From Terriglobia bacterium (GTDB taxonomy: Bacteria > Acidobacteriota > Terriglobia > Terriglobales > Acidobacteriaceae), in assembly GCA_020073395.1 (NCBI GenBank), contig JAIQFF010000006.1, forward strand, positions 5,431-69,430: a stretch of DNA of 64,000 bases, in the 5' to 3' direction. A model generated the notes under the pieces. It did not search any database. It worked only from the letters and a program-made list of their open reading frames with translations, and had not been told where the DNA came from. Positions 57,632-64,000 of the stretch are shown one piece after another; within the stretch, counting starts at the first letter, position 1; every line of letters starts with the position of its first letter. The translations under genes and the position numbers were made by a program.

Positions 57632-60067
57632 CTACTCACAGCGCAGCGCTGTCATCGGATCAACGGCCAAGGCCCGTAGCGATGGGACCAGACATGCCAG
57701 AGCGGCAACTATAATCACCAACAACGAAACGGCCAGCACCATCAGCGGATCGTGGACGCCGTTCTGGACCCAGCGTGTGATCATGCTACCCAGCCCGAAG
57801 CTGAGCGCCAGGCCGGCAGCAAGCCCGATCGCCACACTCGCACCTGCAGACCACACCACGATCCGCAGCACATCGGCCCGTTGCGCGCCCAAAGCCATGC
57901 GGATGCCAAACTCGCCCGTCCGTTGCACCACGCTATAGGACACGACGCTGTACAGGCCCACCCCGGCCAACGCCAGGGCCAGGCCCGAGAACGCAGCAAA
58001 CAAGATGGAGATCAGGCGCGAAATGGCAAATTCCGGCTCGCGCCTGATCCACCCCTCGAGATCCTGTACATCCGAGTCTATCTGCTGATCAGGATTGACG
58101 GCGGCGATCTCCTTGCGGACGCCGTGCAGCAGGGACAGCGGTTCACCCTGGGTCCGAATCAGAATCTGTGTTCCCATAAACATGTTGACGGTGTACGGAA
58201 AATAAAGTGCCGGCAATATGGGTTTGTCCAAGCCATCGTCGAGCGCGTCGCCCACGACCCCAATGATCTGCAACCATCCGTCACTCCCGGTTGCATTCAG
58301 CCGGTATGGCGGCTGGCCGGTCAAGCGAGGCATGCGCACGGAGTGGTTCAGGACATCTTCGCCGGGAAAGTAACGGCGGACGAATGTCTGGTTGACCAGC
58401 GCAAGCGTAGCGCCGCGCGAGACTTCGCTCTCCTCCCATAGGCGTCCTTCCACCAGCGGAATCCGCAGGATGGTGAAATATTCCGGGCTCACAAAGTTTG
58501 CCCGCGCCTCCTGCTGCTCAGCCGCAGTCTTGCCCAGGATTTCGAAAGGTTGAGTCCAGCCGTTGCTCGGCGGCGTCGCGTTGGTCGAAATGCCCGAGGA
58601 AACCACTCCGGGAATGGCAGCGACGCGCTGGCGAAGCTGCGTGAAATATGCTGCGCGCTCCGCCCAGCCGTTGAGAGTATTTTGGTGGATGGGGATGCCG
58701 ACCGACATCACGTGGTGGGGATCGTAACCGAGCGGCCTTCGCATCATGCGGGAAAATCCCTGGATGGCTGCGCCCGCGCCGGTGAGCAGCAATAAGGTCA
58801 GGGCAATCTGGCCGGCAATCAGTCCGGTGTGCATGCGCTTGCCTCGGACGCTCCCGGCCATTTTGTGCGTGCCGGCCTGGATGACGTGATTGATCTCCCG
58901 CCGCGCCGACTCCAGCGCGGGGAAGATCCCAAAGAGCACGCCCGTCAAGACTGCCAGGCTCACACTGAAAAGTAATACCGGCAGATTCACATGGAAATCG
59001 GCTTCGTGGGGGAAAGAGTATTCCGGCAGCCGGGCCACGATGAATCCCAGCGCCTGGTACGCCAGCACCACGCCCAGGCCCGCGCCTGTCAAAGACAGCA
59101 GCAGCGACTCGGTCAGTAGTTGGCGCACAATTCGCAAGCGGCTTGCTCCCACCGCCGAGCGCACCGCCAATTCATGCTGGCGGGCGGTGCCCCGCGCCAG
59201 CAGCAGAATCGAAACATTGGCACACCCAATTGCCAACAGCAAAGCCACAGCGCCGAAGAGCAAATAAAGCGTGCCCCGGAGGTCGCGCACATAAAACTCA
59301 CCCATTCTTCGAAGCACGATTCGATATTGTGGCGGGTAAGTATTCGGCCTCTCCTTTTCGAATTGTTGGAGCAGAGGGAGAAGCTCCGCTTCGGCGGCTT
59401 CGATACTGACGCCGGTCCTCAACTTCAGATTCGCGTCGTAGGTTAAGTCCTGGGCCTGCGACATCTTAAGCGGCAGATAAACATCCCCATCCATCCAGGT
59501 AAAGCGGGACGGCAGGACTCCCAGAATGGTGTAGTCCTTGTACACGAGCTGGATATTTTTTCCGACAATCCCTGGATCGCTGTTGTAGTGCCGCCGCCAG
59601 AAGTTGTAACTCAGCACCGCCACCGGTTGTGGGTCCTGCAGGTCGGGTGCATCCGAGGGCAGGAAGTAGCGACCGAGAATCGCCGGCATCCCAAAATATT
59701 GGAACGCATTTCCGGTGAAATACACGGCATAGAGGTTTTCCGGGACATCGTTCCCGGTGATGACCAGGTCCCACCGCTGCATGGCGATCACGTCTTCGAC
59801 TGCACCCACCTGCCGCAGTTGACGAACCTGCGGCCCGGTGAAGCCGGGGGAGCCCTCGTGGCCAGCCTTATCGATAGTGTCGATCTGGCAGACTCTGTCG
59901 AACCCGGCATAGGGCCAGGCGTTGAGCACCGCGCTGTAGATGACGCTGAAGACCGAAACCGTCGCGCCAATCCCCAGCGCCAGAGACAGGACCGCAGTCA
60001 GGGAGAAGCCAGGAGTCCTCGCCATCTGGCGAAATGCAAAGCGCAAGTCCTGCAACAGACTCTGCAT
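57632..60067 (-). CDS. ADOP-family permease, copy 9
   Basis: N-terminus MQSLLQDLRFAFRQMARTPGFSLTAVLSLALGIGATVSVF, C-terminus ...VDPMTALRCE. Confidence 0.9.
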   Translation of the reverse strand: MQSLLQDLRFAFRQMARTPGFSLTAVLSLALGIGATVSVFSVIYSAVLNAWPYAGFDRVCQIDTIDKAGHEGSPGFTGPQVRQLRQVGAVEDVIAMQRWDLVITGNDVPENLYAVYFTGNAFQYFGMPAILGRYFLPSDAPDLQDPQPVAVLSYNFWRRHYNSDPGIVGKNIQLVYKDYTILGVLPSRFTWMDGDVYLPLKMSQAQDLTYDANLKLRTGVSIEAAEAELLPLLQQFEKERPNTYPPQYRIVLRRMGEFYVRDLRGTLYLLFGAVALLLAIGCANVSILLLARGTARQHELAVRSAVGASRLRIVRQLLTESLLLSLTGAGLGVVLAYQALGFIVARLPEYSFPHEADFHVNLPVLLFSVSLAVLTGVLFGIFPALESARREINHVIQAGTHKMAGSVRGKRMHTGLIAGQIALTLLLLTGAGAAIQGFSRMMRRPLGYDPHHVMSVGIPIHQNTLNGWAERAAYFTQLRQRVAAIPGVVSSGISTNATPPSNGWTQPFEILGKTAAEQQEARANFVSPEYFTILRIPLVEGRLWEESEVSRGATLALVNQTFVRRYFPGEDVLNHSVRMPRLTGQPPYRLNATGSDGWLQIIGVVGDALDDGLDKPILPALYFPYTVNMFMGTQILIRTQGEPLSLLHGVRKEIAAVNPDQQIDSDVQDLEGWIRREPEFAISRLISILFAAFSGLALALAGVGLYSVVSYSVVQRTGEFGIRMALGAQRADVLRIVVWSAGASVAIGLAAGLALSFGLGSMITRWVQNGVHDPLMVLAVSLLVIIVAALACLVPSLRALAVDPMTALRCE

Positions 60068-60189
60068 GTGAGTCTCGCTTGAAAAAAAAGCTAGCTGGTC
60101 CCGTACGCCAAAGCAATTCAGATACCACCGTCGAGGTTTGTTAAGTTGCTCATTCTGTTAAGAAGGCCGCCTACAGCGCGAGGAGCGGA

Positions 60190-60815
60190 GTGTCCGGTTC
60201 CTATGACGGCTGTTCGGAAATGGACAGAATCTGCGGCTTCAATCAACTGCTTGACCTGCGCGACCTGGTCACGGGAGTTCACAGCACCCGCCTGGCAGAA
60301 TGGGCGGTTCGGGTGCGCGCAAGCTGGGACTTCCTGAAACCGGGCTCTATCAGATCGAAGTCGCGGCGCTGCTGCACGACATCGGGAAAATTGATATTCC
60401 CGACGCCATCTTGAAAAAAGAGGGCAAGCTCACCGACTCCGAGCGCGAGCTGATGAACAAACATCCGGAACATAGCTGGTCGATCCTGCGCCTGCTTCCC
60501 GGTTTGGAGAAAGCCAGCCTCTATGCTCTCCATCATCACGAGAGTTTCAATGGATCAAGATACCCGGCCGGAATGAAGGGCGAGGAGATTCTGATCGGAT
60601 CGCGCATCGTTTCCGTCATAGACGCGTACGACGCCATGATCTCCAATCGTTGCTGCCGCCGTGGACTCTCCCATGAAGAAGCCGTCCGGCACCTCCTGGA
60701 GGGCGGCGGCACGCAGTTTGATTCCGCCGTGGTACAAACCTTCGTGGAAATCGCCAAGGAAGAAGTCGCCGACGTCTTCGCCGCCACCGGAGTCGGCCCC
60801 ACCGCCGTCATCTAA
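60190..60815 (+). pseudogene. HD-GYP domain protein with an apparent 1-nt frameshift near 60300-60325 (alternatively a truncated 171-aa CDS from 60300)
   Basis: The frame from the GTG at 60190 (AGGAG 5 nt upstream) encodes LLDLRDLVTGVHSTRLAEWAVRV, the usual start of HD-GYP domains. The domain continues in another frame as ARKLGLPE...LLHDIGKI...HHHESFNGSRYPAG to the stop at 60815. Confidence 0.55.
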
Positions 60816-60876
60816 AGGCTCGCGAACGACGTGAACTTGTCTTGCGTGGGCGGGTGGGCGGTACAATCGTCAGGCA

Positions 60877-61923
60877 ATGCCTGGCTCCGATCCAACCCAA
60901 CCCGACGCAACTGGATCGGACTCCACTACCCGAGGTCGCTTAAAAGTATTTCTAGGCTACGCGTCCGGTGTGGGCAAGTCCTTCCGCATGTTTGACGAAG
61001 CGCGGCGGCGCAAGGAACGCGGGCAGGATGTCGTAGTCGGTGCACTCCAGCCCGACGTCCCGCAGGAACTCAAGCCTCTCCTGAGTGCTCTCGAAATTGT
61101 CCCCACCATCGATGTGGAGGGCGTGCCCATCATTGATGTTCCCGCCATTCTGCGCCGTCATCCCCAGGTTTGTCTGGTCGATGGGCTGGCGTACGACAAC
61201 CCCTGGAGCCGCAACCCATACCGCTGGCAAGATGTCGAGGAGCTGATGGCGCACGGGATCAACGTCGTCGGATCGGTGAATCTTCAGCACATCGCCGACC
61301 AGCGCGAGGCCGTGGAAAAGCTGACCGGCAGGCCAGTGAAAGAAACCATTCCCCGGGAGTTTCTTAACAAGGCGGATGAGATCGTGGTCGTCGATGCCCC
61401 CACCGAAGGAGCGCCGCCAGAGCTCTCGGCGCTGCGGGAGATGGCGCTCGTTCTTACCGCCGATGTGATTGACTCCGGACTGCAACGCTATTTGCAGGCC
61501 CACGATATCGAGCCCGTGTCCCAGGCACAGGAGCGCTTCCTGATCTGCCTGACACCGCGCACGAACACCGATCGTATGATCGCAAGCGCCCGTCAGAGCG
61601 CAGCCCGCTTTCATTGCGACGTTCTCGCCATTTATGTGCGACAGCCGAAATCCTCAGAACAGGACCACGCAGAAATGGAAGAAAAACTGGCCCAGGCTCG
61701 CGCGGCCGGCGCCCGGGTGGATGTATTGGAGTCCGACGATCCCATCGAATCCATCGTGCAGTATGCACGCTCCCACGGGGTCACGCAGATTTTTGTGGGA
61801 CACAGCATGAAGAAGGATTGGAGGGCGCGCCTGTGGGGAACCAGCGTGAGCCGTCTGATCCGGGCTGCTGCCGGTATGGACGTTCGTGTCTTTCCACACT
61901 CGGCGAAAGGCAAAATGCCATGA
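60877..61923 (+). CDS. KdpD N-terminal sensor-like domain + USP domain protein (no kinase part)
   Basis: GRLKVFLGYASGVGKSFRMFDEARRRKERGQDVVVG (KdpD-N P-loop-like block), then a USP-like half (ERFLICLTPRTN...VTQIFVGHS). Confidence 0.8.
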   Translation: MPGSDPTQPDATGSDSTTRGRLKVFLGYASGVGKSFRMFDEARRRKERGQDVVVGALQPDVPQELKPLLSALEIVPTIDVEGVPIIDVPAILRRHPQVCLVDGLAYDNPWSRNPYRWQDVEELMAHGINVVGSVNLQHIADQREAVEKLTGRPVKETIPREFLNKADEIVVVDAPTEGAPPELSALREMALVLTADVIDSGLQRYLQAHDIEPVSQAQERFLICLTPRTNTDRMIASARQSAARFHCDVLAIYVRQPKSSEQDHAEMEEKLAQARAAGARVDVLESDDPIESIVQYARSHGVTQIFVGHSMKKDWRARLWGTSVSRLIRAAAGMDVRVFPHSAKGKMP

Positions 61924-64000
61924 CTCATCTAACGGTTGGAGGCCACCTCAAGATCTATCTTGGCTATGCCCCCGGTGTCGGGAAAACGTATCAGATGCTC
62001 GAAGACGCACGGGAGTTGAACGCACGCGGAGCGGATTTGGTGATCGGATGTGTGGATTCACACGGGCGCACCGACATTCGCGAACGGCTTGAGGGGCTGG
62101 AGACCATTCACCTGAAACGGGTCGTAAACCGCGGCGGCACGGCCGAGGAGCTGGATGTCGATGCGGTCTTGCGGAGGAGCCCGCGAGTTTGTGTGGTGGA
62201 CGAACTGGCGCATTCAAACGCTCCCGGCTCCGAGCGGCAAAAACGTTGGCAGGACGTTGAGGTGCTGCTCCACGCGGGCATCGAAATTCTCACCACCATG
62301 AATGTGCAGGACCTGGCCAGCCTCAGCGACCAGATCTGGCAACTGACTGGGCTCCGCGTCCGTGAGACCGTGCCGGATTGGCTTTTTCAGCAGGCCGATG
62401 AGGTTGTGATTGTGGATGTCACGCCACGGGCGCTGCTTCACCGCCTGGAACGCGGTGTGATCTATCCTTCGGAAAAGGCCAGGAGCGAGTCAGGACGGAT
62501 CTTTCAGGAACCGGTTCTGGTGGCCTTGCGGGAACTTGCGATTCGCCAGACCGCCCAGGCGCTCGAAGCGCGACAAACGGGCAAGGCCCAGCTGCCGGAA
62601 TCGCAAGCGGAGAAAATCCTGGTCAACGTCACTGCTGACCCGTCAACCGCCATGTTGTTGCGCCGGGCAAGGCGGGTGGCCGATCATCTGCAAGCCGTCT
62701 GCATCGCGGTGTACATCCATTCCAAGGAAGAATCGTCCGCCGTGCCTGCGGAGGACCGCCCGACGGTTGATCGCCACCTCCGGTTTGCCGAGAACCTGCA
62801 CATTCCTACTGAGATCATTCACGGCAAAAACCGCGCCGAAGCGCTGGTTGATTACGCGCGAAAAAAAGGCGTGACCCAACTCTTCCTGACTCGCGGCCCG
62901 AAACCTCAGAGACGCTGGTTTCCTGGCCTGGACTTTACTGACCAGGTCCTGCAGCAGGCAAGCGAGATGGAAGTCGCAGTCGTTGCTGAACGAAGCCGCC
63001 ATGGCCTGGCCGCATCCCCCTATCCGGAAGATGAGGCGGGCGCGCTCATGCATGCCGGCTACGTCAAGATCTCGCCCGACGCAACCGTGGAAGAAGCTAT
63101 CGCCGAGACCCGCCAACAGGCGGGACAGGTGGAGATGATTTATTACGCCTACGCTCTTGACGAATCAGGGCATCTGTTGGGGGTGGTTTCATTCCGCGAA
63201 CTTCTTTCCGCTGAAAGGTCGCGAAAAGTTCGGGAGGTGATGCGTACCGACTATGTTCACGTCGTAGAAGATGATGACCAGGAGACTGTCGCGCAACTGC
63301 TGGCCAAGCACCGTTTGCTGGCCGTACCCGTACTGGATCCGGACGGGCACATGGTGGGCATTGTCACCAGCGCCGATGTTGCCGGCCTGGTTCAGCAGGA
63401 GGCCGGAGAGGACATCCTGAAAATTGGCGGTATGGAGGCGCTGGACGGCCCCTACCTGGAAGTGACGTTCGGTCAGATGGTGCGCAAACGGGCGGGATGG
63501 CTCGCCATTCTGTTCGTGGGCGAGATGCTGACTGCCACCGCCATGGGATTCTTTTCCACGGAAATCGAGCGCGCCGTCGTGCTCGCCCTCTTTATTCCAC
63601 TCATCATCAGCAGCGGGGGGAACTCGGGCTCGCAAGCTACAACTCTGGTCATCCGGGCAATGGCGTTAGGGGAAATTCGACTGCGGGACTGGTGGCGCGT
63701 CATTCGGCGGGAATTGGCGGCAGGGCTTACATTGGGGACTATCCTTGGCGTCATCGGAATATCGCGGATTTTTCTCTGGCATACACTGCGTGGAACATAC
63801 GGGCCCCACTACGGAGTGGTTGCCCTCACGATTGGATGCAGCCTCATTGGGGTCGTGATGTTCGGCACCACCGCGGGATCGATGTTGCCTTTCATACTCC
63901 GCCGCTGCGGTCTTGATCCCGCCAGCGCATCGGCTCCCTTCGTCGCTACCTTGGTTGATGTCACGGGACTGATCATTTACTTCTCGGTTGCCAGCGTCAT
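61920..64000 (+). CDS. mgtE: Fusion protein: KdpD-N + USP + CBS pair + MgtE membrane domain, 3' end cut by the window edge
   Basis: This ORF is not in the supplied track because it has no stop inside the window. I translated it by hand from the ATG at 61920 (ATGA overlap with the upstream stop) and found no in-frame stop to 64000 (693 codons). It encodes HLKIYLGYAPGVGKTYQMLEDAREL (KdpD-N) and a USP half (EKILVNVTADPS...VTQLFLTRG). A CBS pair follows (MHAGYVKISPDATVEEAI...LLAVPVLDPDGHMVGIVTSADV). The MgtE signatures are FIPLIISSGGNSGSQATTLVIRAMALGEI and SAPFVATLVDVTGLIIYF. Confidence 0.85.
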   Translation, partial: MTHLTVGGHLKIYLGYAPGVGKTYQMLEDARELNARGADLVIGCVDSHGRTDIRERLEGLETIHLKRVVNRGGTAEELDVDAVLRRSPRVCVVDELAHSNAPGSERQKRWQDVEVLLHAGIEILTTMNVQDLASLSDQIWQLTGLRVRETVPDWLFQQADEVVIVDVTPRALLHRLERGVIYPSEKARSESGRIFQEPVLVALRELAIRQTAQALEARQTGKAQLPESQAEKILVNVTADPSTAMLLRRARRVADHLQAVCIAVYIHSKEESSAVPAEDRPTVDRHLRFAENLHIPTEIIHGKNRAEALVDYARKKGVTQLFLTRGPKPQRRWFPGLDFTDQVLQQASEMEVAVVAERSRHGLAASPYPEDEAGALMHAGYVKISPDATVEEAIAETRQQAGQVEMIYYAYALDESGHLLGVVSFRELLSAERSRKVREVMRTDYVHVVEDDDQETVAQLLAKHRLLAVPVLDPDGHMVGIVTSADVAGLVQQEAGEDILKIGGMEALDGPYLEVTFGQMVRKRAGWLAILFVGEMLTATAMGFFSTEIERAVVLALFIPLIISSGGNSGSQATTLVIRAMALGEIRLRDWWRVIRRELAAGLTLGTILGVIGISRIFLWHTLRGTYGPHYGVVALTIGCSLIGVVMFGTTAGSMLPFILRRCGLDPASASAPFVATLVDVTGLIIYFSVASV

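Noticed and set aside
1-64000. Search for mobile elements, defence islands, CRISPR arrays and rRNA/tRNA genes.
   Set aside because: I saw no transposase, integrase or recombinase motifs, no short regularly spaced direct repeats, no Cas-like or restriction-like proteins, and no structured RNA gene signatures in the ORF track or the intergenic regions.

Overview
GC-rich chromosomal segment. The gene content points to an Acidobacteriota (Terriglobia-like) genome: many ADOP-type duplicated FtsX permeases, a TIGR03436-type VWA protein, a CarboxypepD_reg-type giant OMP and a Hanks kinase-TolB fusion. I recognised no rRNA/tRNA, CRISPR array, transposase, integrase or phage genes. 1-25 kb holds a DUF481 OMP (5' cut), a Ser/Thr kinase and a secreted GH32 fructosidase. 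It also holds a CrtC-like protein translationally coupled to a three-domain membrane enzyme (ICMT-like methyltransferase + PAP2 + Lgt-like), and a giant OMP overlapping a VWA gene. A Fur-family regulator follows, with a repeated GTTGCA-N6/7-TGCAA operator candidate in front of itself and of an OMP/cytochrome c pair, then an mdtABC-type RND pump. 25-52 kb is entirely minus strand: a cbiM(N)QO Ni/Co ECF importer, a stand-alone receiver, a sigma54 two-component system and TolC. It ends with a MacA-like adaptor plus two ABC ATPases bracketing five head-to-tail ADOP permease genes, one of them frameshifted. 52-60 kb has three more ADOP genes and a decayed ADOP 3' remnant. 60-64 kb has an HD-GYP gene (apparent frameshift) and a KdpD-N/USP protein. 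Overlapping that protein is a window-truncated ORF absent from the supplied track that fuses KdpD-N/USP to the CBS and membrane domains of MgtE. Best candidates for new biology: (1) the multi-permease MacAB-TolC-like block, where 'orphan' ADOP permeases sit next to ATPases, an adaptor, TolC and a sigma54 TCS; (2) the KdpD-N/USP-MgtE fusion with its tandem paralogue; (3) the ICMT-PAP2-Lgt fusion coupled to a CrtC-like protein. All functional calls rest on motifs read by eye from the translations; no database search was run.
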